DNA of 64,000 nucleotides. It comes from Actinomycetota bacterium (GTDB lineage Bacteria; Actinomycetota; Acidimicrobiia; Spongiisociales; UBA4744). Position numbers and translations under genes: made by a program. This document shows positions 27,564-36,616 of this stretch, one piece after another. The stretch is from contig JAADGS010000018.1 of NCBI GenBank assembly GCA_013152275.1, forward strand, positions 80,136-144,135, read 5' to 3'. The stretch's first letter is position 1; each line of letters starts with the position of its first letter. Below the pieces are notes generated by a model. It was not told the DNA's origin, searched no databases, and saw nothing but the letters and a program-made list of their open reading frames with translations.

Positions 27564-28922
27564 TTACGGCCAGATGCCGCGGTGGGAGGCGGCGGTGGCA
27601 CACCTACCTGCAGCCACGATGTACGCAGCGGTCCTCAGGTGGGGATAGGGGACTTCTTCTCCCGGATGGGATTGCGACCATACGGCGCGAGTCTCCTCGA
27701 TTCCCTCCTGAACGTCGGCCAGGGTCGAGATGACTTTGTCCGTTGCCCGGTACATCTTCTTGCGGAGCTTCGCGTGGACCTCTTCCTCGTCCCACTGCTG
27801 GTCTTCGATGTTCTGCACCCACTCGTAGTACGAGACGACGACGCCGCCCGCGTTGGCCAAGATGTCGGGCAGGATGGGGATTCCCTTCGCTGCAAGGACT
27901 TCGTCGGCCGTCGGTGTCGTGGGGCCGTTGGCGGCTTCCACGACGACCTTGGCGTTGATCCGATCCGCGTTCGCTGCGGTGATCTGATTCTCGAGTGCGG
28001 CCGGAATCAGGATGTCGCACGGTACTTCGAGCACTTCCAGCGGCGCGAGCGCCTTCGTCCCGTCGAGCTCGACGACACTGCCGGTGCGGTCCTTGTGCTC
28101 TTCGACACGAGCTATGTCCAGGCCGTTGGGGTCGAAGATCCCACCCTTCGAGTCGCTCACCGCAACGATGGTGGCTCCGGCGCGTTCGAACAAGATCGCC
28201 GCATTGCGACCGGCGTTGCCGAATCCCTGGATCGCCACCGTCGCTCCTTTGAGCGAGGCGAGGTCGGGCCGTCCGCCGAGATGGAGGAACCGCTCGGTCA
28301 CGAACAAGGCTCCCTGTGCGGTGGCCGTCGGGCGCCCGAGTGAACCACCGAGGTCGAGCGGCTTTCCGGTCACGACCGGCCGGTTGTTCTGTCCGGGGTG
28401 CATCATCGAGTACGTGTCGAAGATCCACGCCATGGTTTGGGCGTCGGTGTAGACGTCGGGTGCGGGGATGTCCGTGTACGGGCCGATGTTCGAGCCGAGG
28501 GCGGCGATGAAGCGGCGGGTGATGGAAGCCTTCTCGTGTTGGGAGATCTTGCGGGGATCGACCTGCACGCCACCCTTTGCGCCGCCGAACGGAATGTCGA
28601 CGAGGGCGCATTTGAGCGTCATCCAGGCTGCCAGCGCCCGGACCTCGTCTTCACTCACCTGGGGGTGGAAACGGATGCCTCCCTTCCCGGGACCGCGGAC
28701 CGCCGAGTTGAGCACCCGGTAGCCGTAGAACACTTCAATGTGACCGTCATCCATGCGAATGGGCAAGGTCACGTTGACCGACTGCTCCGGTTCGAACAGC
28801 CACTCGGTCAGGCCGGGGGACTCAGCCAGTTCCCGTATGTACGGGATCACCTGCTCGAACTGATGTCGAGCAATGTGGTTCGGGTTGAGGTCCTCTACGA
28901 GGGCGCGCTCGGGCGCTGTCAT
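27564..28922 (-). CDS. gdhA: Glutamate dehydrogenase (Glu/Leu/Phe/Val dehydrogenase family)
   Basis: Catalytic block GGAKGG and Rossmann GFGNAG are present. RBS GAGGAGA lies 6 nt before ATG 28922. Confidence 0.9.
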   Translation of the reverse strand: MTAPERALVEDLNPNHIARHQFEQVIPYIRELAESPGLTEWLFEPEQSVNVTLPIRMDDGHIEVFYGYRVLNSAVRGPGKGGIRFHPQVSEDEVRALAAWMTLKCALVDIPFGGAKGGVQVDPRKISQHEKASITRRFIAALGSNIGPYTDIPAPDVYTDAQTMAWIFDTYSMMHPGQNNRPVVTGKPLDLGGSLGRPTATAQGALFVTERFLHLGGRPDLASLKGATVAIQGFGNAGRNAAILFERAGATIVAVSDSKGGIFDPNGLDIARVEEHKDRTGSVVELDGTKALAPLEVLEVPCDILIPAALENQITAANADRINAKVVVEAANGPTTPTADEVLAAKGIPILPDILANAGGVVVSYYEWVQNIEDQQWDEEEVHAKLRKKMYRATDKVISTLADVQEGIEETRAVWSQSHPGEEVPYPHLRTAAYIVAAGRCATAASHRGIWP

Positions 28923-29417
28923 GGTGTCTCCTCTGGACATGCCGGCTTTGGGTGTGCGCAAGGAATGCCCCTGCGGTGGAGCGTGGTCTCGGTTCGAGCC
29001 GGCTGGTGCGATCCCGGACCTGGCACGCCGGGAAGTCTACGTTGTCGAGATGGAAAAGTCACTATGAATACCCCCTGGCGAAGTGGCCGATCGGTGGTCT
29101 CGTGATCACATGCGAGCCGCCCGAACCGCGCTTCTTCCAGGCGACGTTCCCAACGACCGCGGGTCGACCCTCGAGAGGACGAATACTGCGAGTCGTGGGA
29201 GCCCGCCGAGTGGGGCAGGGCGCACCGCTCGATGGTGCGCCGGGGGGATTGGTCAGGGGGTTCGGCTTCCGACTTTCGGCGGCCGGCGACAGCCGCGACG
29301 CCCGCCCCACGGGCTCACTTCGTCGTGAAATCGCGATGCGAGGCACGAAGCACCGTGCACCTCGGACCTGGTACTTCGTGGCCCGTGCGGGTCGCGAAGC
29401 AGGCTCCCAAGAGGCCG

Positions 29418-29446
29418 AATACTGCGGATCGTCGACTCGCAGTATT
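29418..29446. promoter_or_regulatory. Operator-like palindrome AATACTGCG-N11-CGCAGTATT, 12 nt upstream of the clc start codon
   Basis: Perfect 9-bp inverted repeat read directly from the sequence. Its left half belongs to a 24-nt direct-repeat unit also found at 29175-29198. Confidence 0.4.
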
Positions 29447-29457
29447 GTTGAGCAGTC

Positions 29458-31449
29458 ATGGCCATCGATCGCCTCAAACTCGACCGCGCCCACGAACAGT
29501 GGGACACCGCCCGCTTCCTCGGCCTGGCCGTCGTCGTCGGTGTCCTGGTCGGTGCGGCCGCCTCTCTGCTGATAGCGATGATCCAGTGGGTGCACGACCG
29601 GGTCGCGCTGATTCCGTTCGGGCGGTGGGTGCCGCTCCTCGTCATCCCTCTCGCAATCCTGGTGGCATGGTTCATCGCGAGCCGGTGGTCGCCCGAGGTC
29701 GAGGGCGACGGCGTCCCGGCAACGGTCGAGGGGTTGACGATACGGGCCGGGTACCTACCGAGCCGGTCCGTGATCTGGAAGTTCATCGTGACGACGCTGA
29801 CCCTGGGCGCGGGTGGCTCGGGAGGTCGGGAGGGTCCGATCGTGCAGATCGGGGCCACGATCGGCTCGTCCATCGCCCGGCACACGAACCTGGGCGAGGA
29901 TCAGGTCCGGAGCCTGGTCGCCGCCGGCGCGGGGGCTGCCATCGGTGCGAGCTTCAACGCTCCGATCGCAGGCATGCTCTTCGCCATGGAAGTGATCCTG
30001 CGCACACTCTCGATTCGGCATCTCTCGGCAGTGGTCGTCGCGTCGGTCGCCGCCGCCGTGACGACCAGGAGCATATCCGGCGGAGAGGAGATCCTGAGGG
30101 CGCCGGCGTACGGCCTCATCGCACACAGAGAATGGCAGGAACTGCTCGTCTACGCCGCGCTCGGGATCGCCATCGCCGTCCTCGCCTGGGCATTCCTGCG
30201 GATACTGGGAGCAGTCGAGGACATCTCGGATCGATTCTCGAGATGGCCCTGGCTGCGACCCCTTGCCGCCGGGCTCGTCATCGCGCTGATCGGTGTCGTG
30301 GAGCCGGACGTGCTCGGCACCGGACAGGACTTCGTGGCACGGATCGTCAACATCTCGGTCTCCGGAACCCAGATCTGGTGGCTGTTGATGGTTCTCGCCG
30401 TGCTGAAGATGGTCACCACGTCTGTGACGATCGGTTCTGGCGGTTCTGGCGGAGCGTTCATGCCCAGCCTCTTCATCGGCGCGGCCTTCGGTGCCGGTCT
30501 CGCCGAGCTCCTGGCTCCTGCGTGGACACTGTCGGCGCTTCGACCCGGCCCGTTTGCCGTCGTCGGGATGGCTGCCATGTTCGCGGCGGTCGCTCGCGCG
30601 CCCCTGACCTCGATTCTGATCGTGTTCGAGATCACCCAGGACTACAAACTCGTGCTGCCGCTCATGCTCGCCGTGTCCCTCGCCACCCTCATCGCCGACG
30701 TGTTGAGTCCGGAGAGCGTGTACACGATGCCGCTGATCCGCAAGGGCATCCAACTGGCCCGCGCTTCGGAGGTCGACGTCCTCGACACCATCAAGGTCGG
30801 AGACGTGATGTCGCGCCAGGTCCCGGTCGCTCCGCACATGACCCTGGAGGAGGCTGCCGAGATTCTCAACGAACATGGTCATCATGGCGCTGCGGTGCTC
30901 GACCACGGCCGTCTCGTCGGTGTGTTGAGCATGTCGGACATCCTTCGGTACAAGTCGACCGGTCTGGTCGCCGACGCGATGACACACCGTCCGGTGACCG
31001 TTACCGCCAATACGCCGGTGAGTGAGGCGCTGGAACGCATGGCGGCGATCGGTGTTTCGCGGCTCCCCGTCGTCGCGGAAGACGACCCGACCCATCTCGT
31101 GGGGATGTTCCGGCGGAGAGATATCGTCAGGGCGTACCACATCGCTCTGGGCTCCGCCACGGGTGTCCAACTCGCGAGAGACCGTCTGCAACGAAAGACC
31201 GAGCCCGGCGTCTCGTTCTTCGAGATCCGGGTGCCGGAGCAACTCAGCGGGCAGCTCCTCAAAGACGTCTCGTGGCCCGAGGACAGCACGATCGTCTCCG
31301 TCAGACGCCGAACGACGGTCTATGTCCCTCGGGGGGATACACGTCTGCAAGCAGGCGATGTCATCACGGTGTTCGGCACGAACGCAGCCAGAGACGAACT
31401 GGTCGCCCGCATGGAGCACACCGGCATGGCAGGTCCCGTAGGCATGTAA
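29458..31449 (+). CDS. ClC-family chloride channel/transporter with C-terminal CBS pair and TrkA-C (RCK_C) domain
   Basis: Carries ClC selectivity-region motifs (GAGGSGGREGP and GGSGGAFMPS), then a tandem CBS pair and a TrkA_C-like terminal domain (DVITVFG). Confidence 0.85.
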   Translation: MAIDRLKLDRAHEQWDTARFLGLAVVVGVLVGAAASLLIAMIQWVHDRVALIPFGRWVPLLVIPLAILVAWFIASRWSPEVEGDGVPATVEGLTIRAGYLPSRSVIWKFIVTTLTLGAGGSGGREGPIVQIGATIGSSIARHTNLGEDQVRSLVAAGAGAAIGASFNAPIAGMLFAMEVILRTLSIRHLSAVVVASVAAAVTTRSISGGEEILRAPAYGLIAHREWQELLVYAALGIAIAVLAWAFLRILGAVEDISDRFSRWPWLRPLAAGLVIALIGVVEPDVLGTGQDFVARIVNISVSGTQIWWLLMVLAVLKMVTTSVTIGSGGSGGAFMPSLFIGAAFGAGLAELLAPAWTLSALRPGPFAVVGMAAMFAAVARAPLTSILIVFEITQDYKLVLPLMLAVSLATLIADVLSPESVYTMPLIRKGIQLARASEVDVLDTIKVGDVMSRQVPVAPHMTLEEAAEILNEHGHHGAAVLDHGRLVGVLSMSDILRYKSTGLVADAMTHRPVTVTANTPVSEALERMAAIGVSRLPVVAEDDPTHLVGMFRRRDIVRAYHIALGSATGVQLARDRLQRKTEPGVSFFEIRVPEQLSGQLLKDVSWPEDSTIVSVRRRTTVYVPRGDTRLQAGDVITVFGTNAARDELVARMEHTGMAGPVGM

Positions 31450-31472
31450 TAGAATTGGGTCGAGGAGTAGTC

Positions 31473-31658
31473 ATGACCCTTCGTAAAGGCATGCACGTTC
31501 GGGAGTTGACCAAGAAGATCGGTCAGGTCGGGCGCACCGGCGTCGTTGTCGGGATTCGTGACGGGATCGTCGAAGTGCGTTGGGACGATGGCCGGGTCAG
31601 CACACTCTCCGGAGCCGTGCTCGTACCAATTCGAACTTCATCGAACGCGGCCGAGTAG
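31473..31658 (+). CDS. DUF1918-like small protein
   Basis: RBS GAGGAG lies 5 nt before the ATG. The 61-aa product contains a VRWDDG core. Confidence 0.5.
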   Translation: MTLRKGMHVRELTKKIGQVGRTGVVVGIRDGIVEVRWDDGRVSTLSGAVLVPIRTSSNAAE

Positions 31659-31670
31659 CACGGCGCGCTC

Positions 31671-34391
31671 TCAGGACGCCTGAGCCGCTGCGGTTGCCGG
31701 TTCGGGCAGCGTCAGCGTGAACGTGCTGCGCCCGCCGCCCGAGTAGACGAGGTCGCCACCCATGAGTCGGGCGAGATGCCTCGACACGGTCAGGCCGAGC
31801 CCGACCGAATTCGGCTGGGACCCCGGTTCGTGATCACGCGCGTACGGTTCGAAGATCTGTTCCTCGAGCCCCGGGCTGATCCCTGGGCCGTCGTCGGAGA
31901 CGTGCAGCGCGACGAATCCGTCCTCCACCGCGGTACTCACGTCGATGTGCCGGCCCCCGTAGCGGACGGCATTGGTGATGAGGTTGCGGATGACCTGGCG
32001 GAGCCGGGCCGGATCGGCCCACGTCTCGGCGTGGTCGGCGGTGACCGTGATGCGTCGCTGGGAGGGCTCGTCGAGCGCGGCGACGACCCTTTCGATCTCG
32101 TCGGTGATCTCGACAACTCGAGGGGTGATCGTCACCTTGCCGATGTCCGCGCGCGCGGCGACCAGCAGGTCCTCGACCAGGTTGGCGACATCGGAGGCCT
32201 GGTCGGCGAGCAGGCCCATGAACTCGCTGATCTCATCGGTGGAGAAGATCTTCCATGAGGATCGCAGCTCCTCGGCGAGGCCGACCACTGCCGTGAGGGG
32301 GGTGCGCAGCTCGTGAGAGACGGAAGCGACGAACTCGTCCTTGGATTGGATGAGCCGTTCCAGGCGGCGTTGCGTCTCGATGCGCTCTGTCATGTCTCGG
32401 AATGTGGCCGAGATGTGGGTGATGGTCCCGTTGTCGTCGCGATGTGCGAGCACCACGGACGATCCTGGGACCGTCGCGCCGCTCGGGGAGTGCAAGGTCA
32501 TGTCACCGGTCCACCAACCCGAGGTGCGCAGCGTCCGGAAGATGTCCATGACACTTTCTCCGGAGTCCGTCTCGATCATCTCGGCGACGTCCAGGGGCGG
32601 CAGAGAACCCTGAGATGAGAGCCCGTACCATTCGCGCCCGGCGCGATTCACGTACGTCATGTGGCCTTTGACGTCGATGATCCCGACCAGGTCCGGGGTC
32701 GCCTCGAGGATCTTGATCATCTGGTCCCGGTCGGCCTCCGCCTTGCGGCGCTCGGTGATGTCCTGGATCAGTCCGATCATCAGTTCCGGTGCACCCTGAT
32801 CGTCATGGACGACGGTGACGGAGAACTCGACCCAGATGATGTGATGGTCGGCGTGCAGGAATCGCTTCGAGAATCGGTAGGAGGGGATATCGCCGGCGAG
32901 GAGCTGTTCCCTGAGCCTGACGTCGATGTGCCGGTCCTCGGGATGGGTGATGTCGGCGATGGACATCGTCTCGAGTTCTTCGACGGTCCTGCCGAGCATG
33001 AGGGCGAGTTCTGCGTTGGCGGCGATGATCTGCAGGTCGAGGCCTACTGCAGCGATGCCGATCGGGGCGTGCTCGAAGATTGCTCGCAGCCGGGCCTCCG
33101 ACTCGCGCAGGGCTTCCTCCACCCGGTGGCGTGCCGAGGTATCGGTCAGGGCGCCTTCGAAGTAGGCGGTCTCACCGTTCTCGTCGTACACCACCCGGGA
33201 GCTGTCCCGCACCCAGATCGTGCTTCCGTCGTACCTGCGGAGCTGCTCCTCGACACCGATGAACCTGCCTTCGGTCTCGAGCCTTTCGATGATCTCTTTT
33301 CTCCGGGCTTTTCGGACGTACGCGTCGTGCACGTCGAGGTCGAGCATCGTCTCTCGATCCGGATACCCGAGCAGCTCGACGAGGGCGGGGTTCGCATCGA
33401 GGATCCGGCCCTCGGGATTCGTCCGATAGAGGGCCGCCGGAATCCCTTCGAACAGGCTTCGGTACCGTTCCTCCGATGCGGCGAGGGCCTCTTCCGCGGC
33501 CTTTTGTTCCGAGATGTCGAGCGTTTGCGCGAAGTAGGAGTGGGGACTGCCTTCCTCGTCACGGATCAGTGTGGCGACGATACAGACCCGAAAGACCGAG
33601 CCGTCCGACCGTACGAAGCGATCCTCGATCTGCCAGTGGGTGACACCACCGTCGAGGGCGGCGCGGAGCCGCTGCTCGGCCGCTTCCTGATCGTCCTCGT
33701 GGACGATATCTCGCCACGACATGGTGAGAAGGGTGGGTTCGTCGTATCCGACCTGTTCACAGAACGCCGGATTCACCTGGGTGATCGTGCCCTCGAGCTC
33801 GAACATGACCATCCCCATCGCGGCGCCTTCGAACGACAGACGGAATCGTTTCTCGCTTGCGGCAAGGTCTCTGCGTGACTCGTCGACGACCTTGGAGATG
33901 TTGAGCATGATCACCGCGGTGTAGAGCACGATGGCGAGTGGCAGACCGAACTCGCCGATCCAGTCGATCCAGCCATTGGTCGCGCCGTGAAAGAAGGGCA
34001 GTGCGCGGGCCGCCAGGTGTACCAGAGCCATGCCGAGGATGAGCACGAGGGTTGCCGTGATTATGCGCAGTGCCTGGTCTCGATCCAAGAGGATCGCTGC
34101 GATGACGACCACGTAGGCGAGGAGGAAGTAGACGGCCGGGACGGGGCCGAACATCCACCAGATGAGTCCGGTCCCGGCGAGATCGATCGCCAGAGCCCTG
34201 GTCGTGCCGGCCTTCTGGGGCCATACGGTGTTCCAGGTCAGGGCGAGGGTTGCCGCGATGACGAGGATCCCCACATCGGGCGAGCGATGCAGCCACCAAA
34301 CGACCGCGAGCACCGGCACGGCAATGGCGTATCCAATTGCTCGCAAGCGCAACAATGAGCGCGCAACGGTTTTCGGGAAGCGCCCGTTCAT
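31671..34391 (-). CDS. Membrane-anchored multi-PAS sensor histidine kinase with no receiver domain and no adjacent response regulator
   Basis: An N-terminal ~190 aa polytopic membrane region is followed by four PAS/PAC modules, HisKA (HELRTPLTAV) and HATPase_c (N, G1, G2 boxes: NLITNAV, DDGPGI, GLGLTVS). Confidence 0.85.
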   Translation of the reverse strand: MNGRFPKTVARSLLRLRAIGYAIAVPVLAVVWWLHRSPDVGILVIAATLALTWNTVWPQKAGTTRALAIDLAGTGLIWWMFGPVPAVYFLLAYVVVIAAILLDRDQALRIITATLVLILGMALVHLAARALPFFHGATNGWIDWIGEFGLPLAIVLYTAVIMLNISKVVDESRRDLAASEKRFRLSFEGAAMGMVMFELEGTITQVNPAFCEQVGYDEPTLLTMSWRDIVHEDDQEAAEQRLRAALDGGVTHWQIEDRFVRSDGSVFRVCIVATLIRDEEGSPHSYFAQTLDISEQKAAEEALAASEERYRSLFEGIPAALYRTNPEGRILDANPALVELLGYPDRETMLDLDVHDAYVRKARRKEIIERLETEGRFIGVEEQLRRYDGSTIWVRDSSRVVYDENGETAYFEGALTDTSARHRVEEALRESEARLRAIFEHAPIGIAAVGLDLQIIAANAELALMLGRTVEELETMSIADITHPEDRHIDVRLREQLLAGDIPSYRFSKRFLHADHHIIWVEFSVTVVHDDQGAPELMIGLIQDITERRKAEADRDQMIKILEATPDLVGIIDVKGHMTYVNRAGREWYGLSSQGSLPPLDVAEMIETDSGESVMDIFRTLRTSGWWTGDMTLHSPSGATVPGSSVVLAHRDDNGTITHISATFRDMTERIETQRRLERLIQSKDEFVASVSHELRTPLTAVVGLAEELRSSWKIFSTDEISEFMGLLADQASDVANLVEDLLVAARADIGKVTITPRVVEITDEIERVVAALDEPSQRRITVTADHAETWADPARLRQVIRNLITNAVRYGGRHIDVSTAVEDGFVALHVSDDGPGISPGLEEQIFEPYARDHEPGSQPNSVGLGLTVSRHLARLMGGDLVYSGGGRSTFTLTLPEPATAAAQAS

Positions 34392-34427
34392 GGCGCAGAT
34401 ATCGGCCGTGTCGGCGGCGGTCTTGAG

Positions 34428-34925
34428 CTAAAGGTATTGACCCGCAGTCACGTCGGGAGCTTCCAGCGATTTGCGGGACCGGACCTCCTGGAGTTGAGCT
34501 TGTGCCGCCATCTGCTGGGTCCACAAGCTCGCCTGGATGCCGTGGAAGAGTCCCTCGAGCCATCCGACGAGTTGCGCCTGGGCGATACGGAGTTCGGATT
34601 CGGAGGGGATCTGCGAAGTGAGGGGGAGGAACACGTCATCCAGTTCCTCTCTCAAGTCGACCGAGAGCGCCTCTTTGAGCTCCTCCAGGGTGCGTGTGTA
34701 GACGGCGAGGAGTCGTTTGCGCCCCGCCTCGTCGAGGGGGGCCTGGCGAACTTCGTCGAGCATCGCTCGGGTCATCGACGCGATGCGGATCAGCTTGGTC
34801 GGTTGCGTGACCGCCGACTCGACGATCTCGGGTTCCGCCGCCTGCTCGTCGGCCTGCTCGACCACCTGCTCGTCTGTGCCCTCGCCGGTGTGCTCGTCCG
34901 TATGTTGGATCGTGTGTTCATCCAT
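34428..34925 (-). CDS. bpa: Bacterial proteasome activator Bpa/PafE-like protein
   Basis: A ~165-aa helical protein ending in the GQYL C-terminal motif that docks into 20S proteasome alpha-ring pockets. Confidence 0.7.
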   Translation of the reverse strand: MDEHTIQHTDEHTGEGTDEQVVEQADEQAAEPEIVESAVTQPTKLIRIASMTRAMLDEVRQAPLDEAGRKRLLAVYTRTLEELKEALSVDLREELDDVFLPLTSQIPSESELRIAQAQLVGWLEGLFHGIQASLWTQQMAAQAQLQEVRSRKSLEAPDVTAGQYL

Positions 34926-34971
34926 GACGAGCCGAGCCTAGTGCCTTGCCTGGCGGAGGATGTGGCCGGGA

Positions 34972-35002
34972 TTTCGTATTTCGTACTTCGTCCTTCGTAT
35001 CG
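34972..35002. promoter_or_regulatory. Four tandem heptamers (TTTCGTA TTTCGTA CTTCGTC CTTCGTA) in the bpa / HTH divergent promoter region
   Basis: Read directly from the sequence, with GTA phased every 7 bp. The same motif recurs at 42291-42319 and 29365-29387. Confidence 0.5.
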
Positions 35003-35105
35003 CGGCCCGGTGCGAGTGAGGTCGCGGGGCGGGAATGGGCCGGCTGCCACCCCTGGCATCGAGCCGTTGGATGTTGTAGACTAACGTCAAACAGCAAGGA
35101 ATGGT

Positions 35106-35324
35106 ATGACGGACGAGTACCCACAGATTCTCGACACGGCACATGTCGCCGAACTGCTCGGCATGAACATCCAGATGGTGCGCAAGTACGCGAGAGAAGG
35201 ACGCATCCCCGCCTACCGGTTGCCCGGGGGGCGCACGTTCCGGTTCTTCCACGACGAGATCATCGAGTTCGTGAAACAACATCCGGCAAGCGAGTTGCAG
35301 GACGATCTGGAGTCAGGCGGGTAA
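35106..35324 (+). CDS. Small helix-turn-helix DNA-binding protein (excisionase/MerR-like HTH_17 family)
   Basis: A 72-aa product with the HTH LDTAHVAELLGMNIQMVRKYAREGRIPAY. Confidence 0.6.
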   Translation: MTDEYPQILDTAHVAELLGMNIQMVRKYAREGRIPAYRLPGGRTFRFFHDEIIEFVKQHPASELQDDLESGG

Positions 35325-35360
35325 CGGGGGGATGCGTGCCGAGTGCGCTTTGAAGAACCG

Positions 35361-35885
35361 CTAGCCCTTGTGGCGAACGACGAACGCGATCTGCGACAGC
35401 GGAACGAAGATGTCCTGACCGTCGGCAGTCGTGAGCATCAGGTGGTCCTTCGCCACGGCGGCGATGCGTCCCTTCATGGAGACCCCCGCGAGGGGGGCGA
35501 CGATCTCGATCGGCTCGCCGGTGAGCTCGTGCTCGGAGAGCCGTGCCTTGAACGTCTTCGCGCCGGCGACGCGATCGAAGCCGTCCGAGTACGCACGGCG
35601 CCTGATCACGAGATGCAACGGGCCGGAGAGATTGGCGTCGATCCAGCCGCCATCGGTTTCCAGCGACACCAGATCACCGCGAGCGTACCGCACCGTTCCC
35701 ACGTACGAGCGATCGGAAGAGGTCACCGCCACCAGGTCGCCGCGAGTCATCGCGTCGAACGCGACGTCACTCAATGTGCGCGTACGCGCCGCGAGCTTCG
35801 CGGCATCGGACTCGGACTCCTCCGCCTCGGAGCGCAACGTGTGCTCCAGATCGTCGTTCCAGTTATCCACAAGTTCTCGCAGCAC
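35361..35885 (-). CDS. Hypothetical cytoplasmic protein, divergent from cpaB
   Basis: A 174-aa ORF with good GC3 bias and no recognisable motif. Confidence 0.45.
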   Translation of the reverse strand: MLRELVDNWNDDLEHTLRSEAEESESDAAKLAARTRTLSDVAFDAMTRGDLVAVTSSDRSYVGTVRYARGDLVSLETDGGWIDANLSGPLHLVIRRRAYSDGFDRVAGAKTFKARLSEHELTGEPIEIVAPLAGVSMKGRIAAVAKDHLMLTTADGQDIFVPLSQIAFVVRHKG

Positions 35886-35980
35886 CTCGGCGAATTGCCA
35901 ACCAGTGGCAAATCACACTACCGGCAAGATATGATGGCCGCCTCACGGGGAGGGAACTGCTGGGAGGAGTGAGCGCCAGG

Positions 35981-36616
35981 TTGGGGCCGTTGGGGCGGTT
36001 TTCCACAGGTCACTGGGTGATGCTGGTGGCGGGTCTCGTCGCGGTGGTTCTGAACTTCGCGTTTCTGCGCTCGCAACAGAACACGGTGAATGTCGCCATC
36101 GCCGTAGAGGACATTCCGGCCGGTGCCCGGCTCGAGACGGACATGATCGGGTTCACACCCGTGCACGCGCAGAGCGACGTCGAGGATCGAATGGTCGGAA
36201 CCGGTGAGATGGATGGCCTCATCGGTATGGTGGTCGCCCGCTCCATTCCGTCGGGAACCCTGCTGTCCGAACGTGATTTCGTGTTGCCTTCCTCGACCGT
36301 GCGAGCGATGAGCATTCCGGTGGATCCCGAGCATGCCGTCGGAGGCGCGCTGCGTCCGGGGGACCGCGTCGATATCCTCCAGTCGGCGGACGGTGCCGCC
36401 CGGTACGTTCTCGTCGGGGCGGAGGTGCTGACGGTCGGTGACGGAACCGGCGGAGCGCTCGGTGGCGCAGGCCGCTATGCGGTCACGGTGGCCCTGGACG
36501 CGCAATCGGCACTCGAAGTTGCAGCCGCCCTGTCCGAAGGAACGCTGGACCTCGTGCGTTCGACGGGGTCGGCGCCACCTTCGATCTTGGTCTATCCGCC
36601 GGTTGATCAGCCGTGA
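35981..36616 (+). CDS. cpaB: Flp pilus assembly protein CpaB/RcpC (SAF domain)
   Basis: An N-terminal TM (MLVAGLVAVVLNFAFL) is followed by SAF/CpaB blocks (VAIAVEDIPAGARL...VTVALDAQSALEVAAA). The start is ambiguous among GTG 35969, TTG 35981 and ATG 36020; GGGAGGAG lies upstream. Confidence 0.65.
   Translation: MGPLGRFSTGHWVMLVAGLVAVVLNFAFLRSQQNTVNVAIAVEDIPAGARLETDMIGFTPVHAQSDVEDRMVGTGEMDGLIGMVVARSIPSGTLLSERDFVLPSSTVRAMSIPVDPEHAVGGALRPGDRVDILQSADGAARYVLVGAEVLTVGDGTGGALGGAGRYAVTVALDAQSALEVAAALSEGTLDLVRSTGSAPPSILVYPPVDQP

Noticed and set aside
29100-29457. Fluoride (crcB-motif) riboswitch upstream of the ClC gene
   Set aside because: The ClC homologue is a large CBS-domain type, not the ~400-aa ClC-F subfamily. 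I could not find the crcB motif core (GGCGA...CUCC...AACCGCC) in the leader.
29232-31025. 597-aa plus-strand ORF
   Set aside because: It is an alternative frame of the ClC gene, and only the ClC frame has domain signatures.
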